Of a stretch of DNA of 64,000 bases, positions 12,673 through 25,170 are shown piece by piece (the stretch's first letter is position 1; each line of letters opens with the position of its first letter). The stretch comes from Lama glama (lineage: Eukaryota), in the NCBI GenBank assembly GCA_028534125.1, contig CM052818.1, positions 49,106,001 to 49,170,000 on the forward strand, in the 5' to 3' direction. Under the pieces are notes generated by a model. It was given only the letters and a program-made list of their open reading frames with translations. It was not told the origin of the DNA and ran no database searches. Position numbers and translations under genes: made by a program.

Positions 12673-14155
12673 CAAGGTAGCAGGATATAAGTTTAACACA
12701 CAGAAGTCTGTTGCATTTATTTATACAAACAATGAAACATCAGAAAGAGAAAGTAAAAAAAAAAATCCCTTTTAAAATTGTGTCAAAAAATAAAATACCT
12801 AGGAATAAACCTGACCGAAGAGGTGAAAGAATTCTACATGGAGAACTCAAAACACTGATTAAGGAAATTAACGATGACAAAGACATGGAAAGGCACTCCA
12901 CGCTCTTGGGTGGGAAGAATTAACATTGTTAATATAGCTGTACCCCCCAAAGCAACCTACAGATTTAGCACACTCCCTATCAAATTACACAAGGCGTCTT
13001 CCACAGAACTAGAGCAAATAATTCTAACATTTATATGGAATCACCAAAGACCCAGAATTGCCAAAGCAATACTGAAGAAAAAGAGTGAAGCTGGAGGAAT
13101 AACTCTCCCAGCCTTCAGACAACACTACAATAATCAAAACAGCACGGTGTTGGCACAAAAAGAGACACATGGATCAACGGAACAGAATAGAGAGCCCAGA
13201 AATAAATTCACAAACTTATGGCCAATTAATCTGTGACAAAGGAGGCAAAATATACAACGGAGAAAAGACAGTCTCTTCAACAACTGGTATTGGGAAAGCT
13301 GGACAGCAACATGTGAATCAGTGAAGTTAGAACACACACTCACACCATACACAAAAATAAACTCAATGATTTAAAGACTTAAATATAAAACACAATGTTA
13401 TAAACCTCTTAGAAGAAAACACAGGCAAAACATTCTCCGACCTACATCTTAGCAGTGTTCTCCTAGGGCAGTCTACCACGGCAAAAGGAACAAAAGCAAA
13501 AACAAACAAATGGTACCTAATCAAACTTACAAGCTTTTACACAGCAAAGAAAACCATAAGCAAAATGAAAAGACAACCTATGAAATGGTAGAAAATATTT
13601 GCAAACAATGAGACTGACAAGGGCTTAATTTCCAAAACACACAAACAGCTCCTCCAACTCAATATCAAGACAACACCAACAACCCAATCAAAAAATGGGC
13701 AGAAGACTCAAATAGACATTTCTCCAAAGAAGATATACAGTTGGCCAGCAGGCGCATGAAAAGATTTTCAACACTGTCAACTATTAGAGAAATGCAAATA
13801 AAAACTACAATGAGGTCTCACCTTACACTAGTCAAAATGGCCATCATTCAAATGTCTACAAATAATAATTGCTGGAGAAGGTATGGAAGAGAAGAAACCT
13901 TTCACACTGTTGGTGGGAATACAAATTAGTGTAGCCACTGTGGATAATAGTACGGAAGTGACTTAAAAAATAAAAAATAGAGTTACCACGTGATTCAGCT
14001 GCCCACTCCTAGGCATACACTCAGAAAAGACAAAAACTCTAGTTTGAAGAGATACACGCACCCCAGTGTTCATAGCAGCACTGTTTACAGTAGCCAAGAC
14101 ATGGAAGCCACCCAAATGTCTATTGACAGATCACTGTATAAAGAAGATGTGGTGA
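12673..14155 (+). mobile_element. Lineage-type L1 fragment (disrupted ORF2 3' region); truncated at both ends
   Basis: ORF2-like peptides [48 protein letters not shown] and [23 protein letters not shown]; similarity ends at aagaagatgtggt followed by (CA)n. Confidence 0.93.
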
Positions 14156-14158
14156 GTG

Positions 14159-14159
<1 letters not shown>

Positions 14160-14192
<33 letters not shown>

Positions 14193-14285
14193 TAAGATAA
14201 ATGTATTACCTATCCCAGGACAAAGGTGTTCAGTTCTGTTCACACACACACACACACACACACAGACACACACATATATATATTT
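14160..14285. repeat. Two (CA)n microsatellites
   Basis: (CA)n at about 14162-14189 and 14241-14275, then a TA run. Confidence 0.9.
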
Positions 14286-14379
14286 TATTACACATCTCCT
14301 TTATTATATATACGTATACATGTATCCATATAGAATATAGAATATGTATCCCATTTCAGAAGAGGAAGTCATTCTAATT

Positions 14380-14790
14380 CGTTAAGATAAAAATTCACAG
14401 AGTTTTTGAGATAGACATTGAAATAAATCTTAAAGGGTAAATAGCAACTTGAGAGACAATGATGAGGAAGAAGGAGAAATATCTCAAATAGAGGAAATAT
14501 TTTGACGCTTGCTTCATTTGAGTCATGGTACAGTTTTTTTTGAATACTGATCTACCTGGTGCTAATGGGAAATGGGACCAGCGTAAACGGAGGTTATGTT
14601 ATGGAGGGAGCTGAACAGCGACTAAGGCATTTGGACTTTATTTGCTGGAAAACATGTAATTATTATAAAATTTTGAGTGGAGGTAGAAGGCACCATGACT
14701 AGAACAAGACTTTAGAAGGAATAATGACGGAGGCTCACAAGGAAGGATCAATGGAGAGAGGAGATGGAGGTGAAGAAGGGCAGTAGAATT
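14380..14790 (-). mobile_element. L2 LINE fragment
   Basis: Degenerate motifs gacattgaaataaatcttaaagggtaaatag and ctaaggcatttggactttatttgctgg. Confidence 0.5.
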
Positions 14791-16119
14791 TTTATGACAC
14801 TGAGCACTTCCTAGGGTTTCCTGGGAACCTCAGTTCCTTCCCCTAAGAACAAAGGGTAAGTAATTTTTTTTTTCCAAATCAACAGACGCATGATCGTTTG
14901 CTCTCAAAGTTAGCGCAGATCTCTAAAAAAGAAAAAATTGTTGAGTGCATTTTGAATCTAAAGAGGAAATGAGAGCTGAGGAAGAGGCACGTAGAAATCA
15001 TCAAATACACTCGTGATCTGAAGGAAAATCAAATCACACGGAGGCAGGTGAGAAGTTCCTGTGCGGCGCAGCCTTTGAATGCAAAGTTGGGTCGAGCACT
15101 CCAGGAGTCTGTCTCACGGCTGCTCTTTCTCATCACTTGGGATTTCTGCATACCTTTGCTCTTTTCTCGAGTCTCGATTCCTTTAAGATATGGTACTAAC
15201 ACAGAGGGTGTCACTGAGGAATTGCCCACTTGCATTTTCAGAGCCTCACCCATATTTCTCTTGGTTGACATGCAGAATAAAGGGCGACAGGAGTGTCCAT
15301 TGAACATTCACGGGGCCAGGTGGAGCCCAGCAAGGGAACATGACGGTCGCCCATCCTCTTCCAGGGGAACTCACTTCCCGAACCATTCTCAGGCTAAACC
15401 CATTAAGAGCCGTTCACTGGAATCCAGGATATCAGAGTCAGAGTTCTTGCTCTGTGACAGTACTTAGCTGAACATTTGTTAAGTTGATGCCAGTTGGCCA
15501 GTTTTTTTTAATATCTGTAACAGGAGGATTTGGGTGACCAGAAAATCAGAGAGATTCCCGCCAGCCTGGACTCCCACCCAGAACGCATGTGTGTTCAGTG
15601 CACATTTTCCAGGGAGAAGGCTCTGAGTTTTCAGCGTTCATCACTTTATTTGGGATTTGGAACAAAAATCTGACAATTTCCATCACTAGAATGTAATGTT
15701 TACCTGGGAGAATGTGACGTCAACAACCAAGTCACCATCCTTGGATGCCTTAAAAAATGTCAGCTGGGTGTTCAGATGTGTTTTTCTTGTTTCCGCCAAG
15801 ATCTGAATGTTCCCCCGATGCAAGTCTTCAAACACAGGATGTGATTCCCATTCACACTACACTCCAACTTCAGGGGAAGCACTCACTCAGGATGTGCTTC
15901 TCCAGACGTTAATTAGCAAGTGAAGCGAGCTGACGTGCGCACACCTGCAACCCAGATGTCGCCGCGCTGACAGCTGCCTGCACAGTAGCTCACACGTTGC
16001 CACCACGCTGCGCGTTACCGATTCACAACGCTGTGATTTTTTTTTTAAAGTAAGATAGTAATAGAAAGTCTTTCAGCAGCTGTCAAGGCGGCAGGAACAA
16101 CATGGCATTGCTAGACGGC

Positions 16120-16700
16120 ACCGTCTCTGCTCAGTCTTAACGTTCTGGGGGGCTGCCAGCCGGCGGTGTCCCCGCCGTGGCAGGGCGCGCCTCTCAGCCT
16201 CAGCCCCAGCACGACGTGGTGGGAGCTCTCTGAGCAACAGGGAGGAGGGGGCGAGGGGGCCTGGCCGCCGTGATCTGCCCGGAAGGACCTTCTGTAAACC
16301 TGCGAAAGGTTTGTCCTGGAGACAGAAGGTCGGGACAAGCACAGCCGTGTGGAGCGCGCGAGGGTGAGCGCCCCACGGCGCGTCCCCGTGAAGAGGAGCA
16401 AGAATGTATGTGGGCATCACGGCCACGCTCTGCGCAGCGCGGGGATGCAGGCGTCCATCGGCCAGCTGGACTCCAGAGCTTGACTCCCCGGTAATTCTGG
16501 TTTCCGTATTTTTTTCTGCCCTGCAGTTTGCTGTTGTTTTCCTGACGGATAATTGGCCTGTTTTTGGCGTAATGAGAGGAATGATTAATTGTGACGTGGA
16601 GTATCAACTATCCACGCGGAGTAGAAAAAGTGTGGACGTCAAGAGAAGGAGAGAGCTTAAGGCAGCAGGTAAAGCGCCGTCAGGCGAAACGGGAAGAAAG
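16120..16700. promoter_or_regulatory. CpG-rich patch (weak island)
   Basis: Dense CG dinucleotides, e.g. gagcgcgcgagggtgagcgccccacggcgcgtcccc. Confidence 0.45.
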
Positions 16701-18250
16701 GACATTTGGGGTACTGGCTGACATCCGGTAAAACTGTAGTTTAATTTTCTGATATAATTGCACACTTTCAACTTGATCAAGCCAGAAGTTTAACAGGTAA
16801 TATTGCAAAGCCAATATGGAGTATTATGGAGATCTATGCCACGTCTTGCTAGAAGATTTGAATTTAAGAAAAAAAAAAAAGAAGCAAAGTCCAGTATGAA
16901 CACCCAAGCCAGGAGCACATCTAAGGAGACACTTACAGAGTATGTAATTTGTGTGTGTTATTCAGACTTGTTTGAACGTGATAACAATTTCTTTTAGCAA
17001 GTGTGTGAGACTGTGGGATGCAAGCCTTCATGTTGAATATTGAAACAAAGTCTTTGGAAGGGAACTTGGCCAGAGGCTTGGGGGAGCCCCCCAGCTGGAG
17101 CCAAGACCGGGGACAGCTTGGTTCACAGGCTTCAGTCGTGGGCCCGGCAGCGCGTCAGTAACTCCCTGCCGGGCCCTCTGGCTGCCCCAGGGAGAGGCCG
17201 GCAGTGCCCGAGCACAGACGGGGTGTCTGCAGGGGAGAAGCAGTCTTCCGCCTGGCTCCTTCACCCCCCGCCCCGTGACCGGCACACGGCAGCAGTGTCC
17301 TTCAACTTTTCTTCCGTGAAAACCTCACTTGGTGTGCGGGCTCCCAGCCCTGAGGGTGGGAATCAGGCCTGAGGGTTTCAGAAGGTCCCTCGTGTTAAAC
17401 GCGGTGCTAAGCGTGAGACAGCAAACAGCTATGGGGCAGCCTGCCGTAAGGCCGTCTCGGCACCGGAGGGCTGTCGCCCAAGCACACAGCGGGTGCGTGC
17501 TGAGCACCTGCCCTCAGAATCACGGATGCCATTTTTGTGTTATCACAGGAGAGATCACTTCCCTAATTAAGAAAATTTAAATGTCAAATCTGCGCCTCGT
17601 TTCTCATCCTTCTCTTTATTGTAAACATGTAATATCCATGTATCTCTCTTACGTCTCCTTCTCACCTGCCCCCAGTAGCGCGTGGCAGGGAGGGGAATAT
17701 TCTCTCAGTATAGGGCATCCTAAGCAAAGACGGGGCTTTGAGAAACGTGGAAACCCCCTTGTTTAGTATCAGATCTTTGATTCTTTCAGACAGCCCGCTG
17801 GTCACAAGAGAGACTGTGTGAGTCTAAACAGCAACTGTCATGATTGGGGCGGGGGGCTGTGCTGGGAACCCCAAATCACTGAGATGAAACAAAAAAGGCA
17901 GACGTTCCCCTGTTCCCATCTCAGCCACAGCCCGACTCCCTTCCTGTGCCGGAGAACACTGCACTTAAGACCGCCCGGGTTTAGGAACTGCCCCCCTTCC
18001 CCACCTCCACCCCACGCCCCAGCCGTGTGACGGGCTTGCTAGGGTTCCCGGGCCCTGTTTAGACAAATACGCAGAGGTGGGCTGGCAGGAGGGGCAGAAG
18101 GCCCCGCTGGCTGTGCCGGCGCCCGCCACGCGGGACGGGGCTGATGAAGGCGCTTAACCACACGCCTTCCGCGGGCCTTCGCCCGCCGCCACTTGGTATT
18201 TGGATCACGTGCCCGGTTCCTAGCACCAATTTGAAAATGATAACACTCAC

Positions 18251-18457
18251 AGCTATTTTTATTTCTCTCCAGCGGAACAGCGAGACTTCGTCTCCCCTGC
18301 TCCTCTCTCTCCCTCACATTTATTCCAGGGTTGGCCTCTGGTTGAACTCCTTTGCCCCGAAAGAAGTGCTTTCCTCTGTGGATTAGCGCAGCCACGGAGA
18401 GGCTCCCCGTTTATGAACACTGAATTCACAGGCAGATAGAGGTGTCGTCGCGTGAAG
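18251..18457 (-). other. Candidate non-coding exon (207 nt)
   Basis: Acceptor cattttgtttgaatattcag|C and strong donor GCT|gtgagt; unique sequence next to a CpG patch at about 17950-18220. Confidence 0.35.
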
Positions 18458-20453
18458 CTGAATATTCAAACAAAATGCTGAATTGCCAGTTAATGAAGAG
18501 AGAAACGTTCGTCTTCCAGTTATCCACCTTGGAGCCTCTGAAAGCTCTGAGTCAGGTCATATAAGACAAAAGGAGGAAGACAACTGCCTATTGGAGGCAA
18601 GACAGTGTGACTGTGAAAGCGGGTTGCGCGTCTGCAGGAGCTCACCGCGGGCAGACTGGGACAGGCTCCTTCAAGCCACGTTTCTAACAGCGTGTGCACT
18701 TGCACAATTCCTCCCCAGTTAGCTAATGCCATTTCCATGGATTTCATTAGATTATGGTCTCCCCCAAGGCAGAAGCCAGGAGAGGCTGGCTGGCTAGCCA
18801 CTCCCAGTTACTCTGTAAATCACAGCCAGGGCCGGCTTGTCATAAGCAAAGTACGAAATAAGTCATGCATTTTCAAAACTGATCCATTTCCAAAGCCAGT
18901 TTGACAACGATAATGTCATTTGCTGGGATTCAGGAGCAAAGCTTTTTCTCTTGAGAGGAGAGGAAGAGGGCAGCGAAAGGGCGGGTTCGCTCGCCCTCTT
19001 GGAGGACTGGGAGGAAGACCCCTAGCCTGGAGGAGACGGGGAGGCAGCATAATTACACTGGAGAGCAGGGAAGCTAACGTGCTGCCCGGGAAGCTGAGTT
19101 TAAGGAGGAAGTAGAGATGCTTTTTCCTTGAGACATTGGTTCTGCACCTGATGGCGGTTCCCGTCCCCTGAAGATGCAGGAGGTGAGAGTCTTAACCAAG
19201 GGAGGGGGGAGCCCACAGGTTTCCTAAGGGCCCTCCAGTAGAGAGAGCCAAGCGGAGCAGCTCATGGGGCCAGGAGGTGGGTGAGCCTCTAGATAACGCT
19301 TTCCCCTTGTGTGTGTTATTCACACAATGACATTTAGATGTTTGAACAAGTCATCAACACAAAACATACGGTATAGGAATAATCATCAGATTTTAGGTTA
19401 ATTATGGAGTGTTGTCAGCAAGCGGTGCAAAAACTTTTTCTAAACATTTCACAAAACTGAAGTCAGCAGACTAACTCTTATTTCTGCCCATCCTAAGTGG
19501 ATATTCACATGCTTTCAAACCGCAACGGATTTCCTCAGGTGCGTGCCTCACATACCTCTTTTATTTTGAAAATTAGGTATTTTTTAATGCATTTTGAAAA
19601 ATGATGCCTCTATTAAAACTGTCTTCACAGATGGTTTCGCTGAGATTGAGGTTACAGGTAGAAATGCGGTGCCTGAAAACTAAGTATGAAATGAGTGACC
19701 CCTCGGTGGGTACAAAGAAGGCAAACCAAGGGGATGGTCTGTGGACGCCCAGAAACCCATACACAGTGGGGTGGTTTCACAGTCCCTGGAGGAGCCCTGG
19801 GGCTGTGAAGGGTCCTGCGCTGGGACACGGGAGGGCTGGCTTGTCACTAAATGGGTCATATTTACGTCATAAAATACCTGTATTTACGCAGTAGGGAGAC
19901 TGATGAACTTAGGTATTTGGGGAGAAACGATAAACATGACAGAAGCTTCAGATTATATTCATTACAGCAAACACAGACTTAGAGCAGTACTTTGCCTGTC
20001 CTTGTTAATGATCGGTGTGCTCAAGGTGAAGTTAATTCGTGTCTGTCTGTTTGTTTGCACTGAAACACTAAAAAATGCAGGAAGACTTTTGAATCTCGTA
20101 CATCTGTGCCTTTTGCTCAGAATTAAAAGCTCTATGTCGCCACGTTTAACATTTAACAAATTCAGAACTGACGTCGCTTGAGCAGAATTAGCTACATACC
20201 CTGCAAAGTTCAATGCAAAAGGCAGAGGGAAAATGCGGAGCCGCACGTTCAAAAAGCAGGAAAAAAAGAAAAAACGTTGCCACTAAAGGCACTAAAACGC
20301 AGCTTCTCCTTTCTCCTGCGGTCTCTTTTACAGCTTACAGTACTTTTATTTGCTACGTTAATGTTCTCAGTAAGGACTTTTTAAAATCTAATCATCCGCA
20401 TGTACTTCACCATGCACCTTTGTATCACTCCATGCAAATACCAGAGCTTTAAC

Positions 20454-20657
20454 CTGTGTGCAAAATCGCCCAAAGTGCGTGGCTTCCGTCCCGCAGCTCA
20501 GACGTGCGTGTGTGTTCTGTTCGTAGCGAGTCAGTGGAAACGCAGCGCAGGAGCAGCTCAGCTGTCGTTCTCTCTCCTCTTGGGACGCGCACACCCGCCA
20601 GCAAGCACGCTCCGTCTCAGGCTCACGAAGAGAAAGGAGGGCCGGGGGAAAAGCCAT
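20454..20657 (-). other. Candidate first coding segment of a hypothetical spliced ORF (MAFPP...FCTQ, 68 codons)
   Basis: ATG in strong Kozak context (gcgATGG) inside the CpG island; phase-0 donor CAG|gttaaa; no homology recognised. Confidence 0.2.
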
Positions 20658-21200
20658 CGCTTCCCGTCCTTCTGCCGTCTTCAGCGGTCAGCAGCTGGCA
20701 AAGGCCGAGCGGCGAAACGTGGGAGAAAGAGCGGGCGAGCCTCCGCGCTCCTCGAGGCGCCGCTTCCCTCCCTCCGCGCCGAGCGCGCCCGGGGCCGCGG
20801 GCCGCCAGCCGCCCCGCTCACTCGGTCGCCGCCCCCGGCAGGCGCGCCCGGCCTGCGCTGCTCGAGACTCACTCCCTCGCCTCGCGCCCGGGTCCCTCAG
20901 AAGCCTGCGCCCACCGTGGCGTCGTGACCGTCCCTGGCGAACAGGGAGACCAGGCAGACGTGAGGTGGGCCCAGCTTGCCCGCCTCGCCCCTGCTCCCCT
21001 GCCGCAGGACTTCAGTGACAAAACCCAGGCTCGAAGATGAAATAGCGAAGAATCCGGGGACAGCGCAGCACGCGGCCGCCCAGCCGGGGTCCCCTGAGTG
21101 CGGGGCCGTGCACCTCCACGGCCGCGCCCCTCGGAGCTGGCGCTGCAGTGAGACCCCGTGCAGTCAGAACGCTGAAACAGACGCGCTGCTTCGACTGTTG
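20480..21200. promoter_or_regulatory. CpG island 1, probable promoter/first exon
   Basis: Very high GC and CpG density, GC boxes (ccgccc), repeat-free; minus-strand donor candidates CAG|gttaaa (20454) and AGG|gtatgt (20200). Confidence 0.85.
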
Positions 21201-21767
21201 AAAAGCCAGAGCTATGTATTTTTTTTGGAAGCTCAACTAGTGATAAACGGTCATTGTACATTTCACTACTACAGACACTTTTCTTTCCAAAAAAAGGTTT
21301 GTATTTGTCTGAGTAACTGTGGATCTATAATTCCACGCCTGGAACTTGATTTAAGGTCCTTGTCCAGGATAAGCCGGACCTGGCGTTACCAAACACCGGC
21401 ATGAAGTCCACTCATTACCGCTAGGTTAGAGGCAGCTCTCGCCCTTCCCTGAAGTGTGTAAGTTACGGGTCTTGCTAAAATTTTAGCTCATCTTATCTGA
21501 TTGCAACATCTGCCCCATCTAAGCGTATGGCTTTGGTAAGACATTTATTCTGTTTATACCTTAGTTGAACTGTGTGACTCTTGAAGACCCCCGTGCAACT
21601 AATTTTGGGAAAAAAGCATTCTACCATCTTTCCTGGGAAGGACCCTTTTCAATAATGGACAATTTGCTGCTCTGAGCCAGAGGAAGATCACCACGATGCT
21701 TCGGTTCCCTAGGTACTCCATGCCTCAAACACTAATCTTATCAGCTATAAAAGCAGGCTGACAAAGT

Positions 21768-21862
21768 GAATGTAAACAATGTCACTGAACTGTGTGCTTA
21801 AGGAAAAGGTAAAATGGCAACTTTCTGTTCTATGTATTTTACTCAACAAGAAAGTTTAAAGA
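21768..21862 (+). mobile_element. Short old L1M 3'-end fragment
   Basis: aatgtcactgaactgtgtgcttaagg..taaaatggcaactttctgttctatgtatttt. Confidence 0.55.
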
Positions 21863-23428
21863 AGGCATGTCTATCCTGGTGGTTTCTGTTTTCTTAAACA
21901 GCTATGTATGCATTATACCTAATACATGGTTCTGAACAAATATTTCAAATAAGAAAAACAAGAAGTTTATCCTCGTTTCTTAGACAAGGCAAAGCAGGCA
22001 GAGGCAGCGAGCTGCTGGCAGAACGGCACGGGGGGCTCTGAGCTCCGGTCCCGGGTCTTGCTGGTGCTCTGTTCGGCTCTTTGACGAGAATTCTATTTGT
22101 GGTTGAGTCCGCGTCTGTTTCTTCACAGTTAAAACAGGCAGAACTGTTTCACCGAAGTTGTTATAAATGAGCCATGTTCACGCGTAGCTCCTGGCTGAGC
22201 ACCTCACCCACGTAAAGAGCAAACACACGTTCTTTCTCCTGTTGCATCCTTCCCTGCGTCCAGAGGACCCTTTCCATGACGGTTTCCATTTTGGTTGGCA
22301 TTGGCTTTTGAGGTGACTTTTGTTTGCTGAACTGGTAGACGCTGCCTGGAAAAACTCAACGTATTTTTCTCCACTATTCAGACTCCCTGAGATTCATTTT
22401 TTCTTAATCACCTGCAATAGCATTTTTTTTTCTGTTTGTTGTTTATTTTCACTTTCTAGGAGGGCTAGCAAAACTCATAGCACACTTTTTCTGTACTAGG
22501 AAAACCTTTGTGAAACTAAGGCTGATCAGGTAGACACCTTCTGATGCTCTTCCTTGAATAAACCGAGTTCTTCAGTCATTCCCACGAGTGACTAAGGGAG
22601 GCAAATTTTAATGTCTCCAAATTGCTGATTAAAGACACAGTAGGTTCAAATGGTGTGGACTGCCTGAATGGACAGTAGCCAGCAGGGTCTCTGGGTTTGT
22701 TTGTTTACTTGTTTGTTTAGCGCGATGACTCATTTGGATTTTTAAAGAGTCTAGAAAAGCCTAATTTAAAATCTCTTGTGTCCTGGCGGAGACTTAACCC
22801 TCAGCCCCATGACTACAGTGAGAACCACAGATGCTCTGGCCACGGTGCCGAGGGCACCGGGGAGCACTGGACGGTGCTCCGCCGTGAAGGGAGTCCCACC
22901 AGGTACGGACCCCACGCCAGGAGCCGCTCTTGTGCAGAGCTCAACGTGAGCACATAATCACGGAGAGAACATCACGGGCTATGAGAGACCAAGTTATCAA
23001 ACACACGACTGTGAATGTGAAGACTTATTTCACAGCAAACTTTTACAATGAGAACATTAATATTCTAAAGACCACAGAAGAGAGAGAAAAATAAGGTAGT
23101 TACTGTGAACTATATTGAGAAGAAAGCCAAAAGCGTAACCATTCTCCACAGTCCCAGACCGTGAGTTGTACAGAGGAATTTGCCAAACATTCAGAAATAG
23201 TTAATGCCAATAATGCCAAGTCATTCAAGGCCCTTGATGAAAAGAAAAAACACTGTTAATACACACACATATACATATGGATGATACAAAAATAGCATTT
23301 TGAAATTTTTTAAACTGACATTGAAGTCACAAAAAAGAAAACAAAATATTGGCGTGATGTTTTCAACAGCATGTTAAAAAGGATAACATACAGCAAAGTG
23401 CAGTGCAATCTTATTAATGAAAGAAAAC

Positions 23429-23822
23429 TGTATTAGGATAAAGTTTAAGAGATACAAAGGGACTCCAATCACAAAGTCTTCCATAAAACAGGAGTTTATT
23501 TCTCATTCAACATTGCAGTTGATTCAGGTTGGCAAGGGGGCCCTTCCTCTTGGGTCAGTTAGAGCCCACTTCTTGCCTCTGCATGCCCCTCCGTCCCCGA
23601 GTCTGTCCCCTGCTAGACTTCAAAATTCACCACCACACCTGGCCCCAGGCCATGGAGCAGGGAAAACACTCTACAACAAGAGAAGCAGCAGTTTTACACT
23701 TCGTTTCTGTTCCTAGTCCACTGGCAAAAGTCTAGCCATAGGGTCACATCTACAGGAAAACCAAATGGCATGTGCTCAGAAGGAAAGGAACAACTCATGG
23801 TCTACGAGGTAGCTGTGCCAAC
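23429..23822 (-). mobile_element. Old MaLR LTR (MLT1J/K-like)
   Basis: Motifs aaacaggagtttatttctcattc and ctagtccactggcaaaagtctagccatagggtcacatcta. Confidence 0.5.
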
Positions 23823-23829
23823 ACTTCTT

Positions 23830-24224
23830 TCTGTGCGTGGTAGACACAACACTTCAAGGCTTAAAGATGAAAAGATCAGAGGTTTCCAGGGGTTAGAGGA
23901 AAGAGATGCCTAGAAATGCAAGGCGCTGAAACTACCCCTCGTGAAGCTGTAATGACAGATACACGTCATCAAACGTGGGTCCAAACTTGCACAGTGGACA
24001 CCACCAGCAGTGGGCCCCACTGTGGCCTGTGGTCTTTGGGTGGTGGTGCTGGGTCAATGCAGATTTATCAAGTGCAAAACACGGATCACTCTGGTGAGGG
24101 GTAGTGATAATGGGAGAGGCTGTGAATGTGTGAGGTTGGGGAACAGATGGTAAATCTCTCTACATTCCTCTCAGTTTTGCTGTGAACCTAAAACTACTCC
24201 AAAAAGTAAAGTCTATTAAAAAAT
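23830..24224 (+). mobile_element. L1MC-like 3' end
   Basis: gataatgggagaggctgtgaatgtgtg..atctctctacattcctctcagttttgctgtgaacctaaaactactccaaaaagtaaagtctattaaaaaa. Confidence 0.85.
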
Positions 24225-24239
24225 AATGTTTTTTATTTG

Positions 24240-25170
24240 TAATTTTTTATATTGAAAAACACCATAAGCAGAATTAAAGGTAAACTATACATGAAGAAAA
24301 AGAATGTTAGATTAGTATATAAATGTACTTAACAATTCAATAAGGAACACACCAAGGAGACAGCTCACAAAATAATGTTTGCAAAATCAATGTATGTTGA
24401 ATTTCTCCAATAATCAAACTGATAAAAATTCCAAAAACAAAGACATCATTCATATACCACACTGACTTTCTTTTTAAGTGTCCAGGTTTATCAAAATTTA
24501 AGTGAAAAAGGGAATCATACATCACTAAGGAAAAGGCAAACTGGGCTGTGCTTTCTGGAGAGATGCTTGTGAAAAATGGCTTAAAGTATTTAATGTGACT
24601 AAATCAATTTAGCCTTGAATTTCATGTCTAGATGTTAAAATTAGAAATGTCAAGAGATAAGAACAGCTATACTATTTAAATGCTGTTTGTAATGATAAAA
24701 TGTTAGAAAAAATATCCTTATATGGAAATGGTTTATGGTTTATATATGAAACATTCATATGATACACTTCTGTGTGGCCGTCAATTATAATATTTCTGAC
24801 AACACTTCATAATATAGCAATTTATCCAAAATATTATATGGAAAAATAATATAAAATTAAAACGTATACAACATACATAAACTACATATGCATTCCATTA
24901 GGATATTCAGTTTTTATAAATGTATGTATAACATTCATACACAGTATAATACAGCCATAAATAATCATTCAATAGCATACATATGACATTTTGTCTGTTA
25001 TCCATACATGTAATTATACACATGTTTGCAGACACATCACTAAATTACACTTGATTTACTTGGGTAAAGTCATTAATGTAAATTTAATTTATTTTTGTAT
25101 TTCCTAAATTTTTAGAAATGATCATATATTACAGTCACTGGGAAAATATAATAAAAGTAAAAAAATTATT
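24240..25170 (+). mobile_element. Highly decayed AT-rich L1ME-like sequence
   Basis: AT-rich sequence with weak L1 3' motifs (ctttctggagag, aatttcatgtctag). Confidence 0.4.

Noticed and set aside
20400..21404. Overlapping 100-194 aa ORFs on both strands
   Set aside because: Expected from stop-codon scarcity in a CpG island; Arg/Pro/Ala/Gly-rich with no domain.
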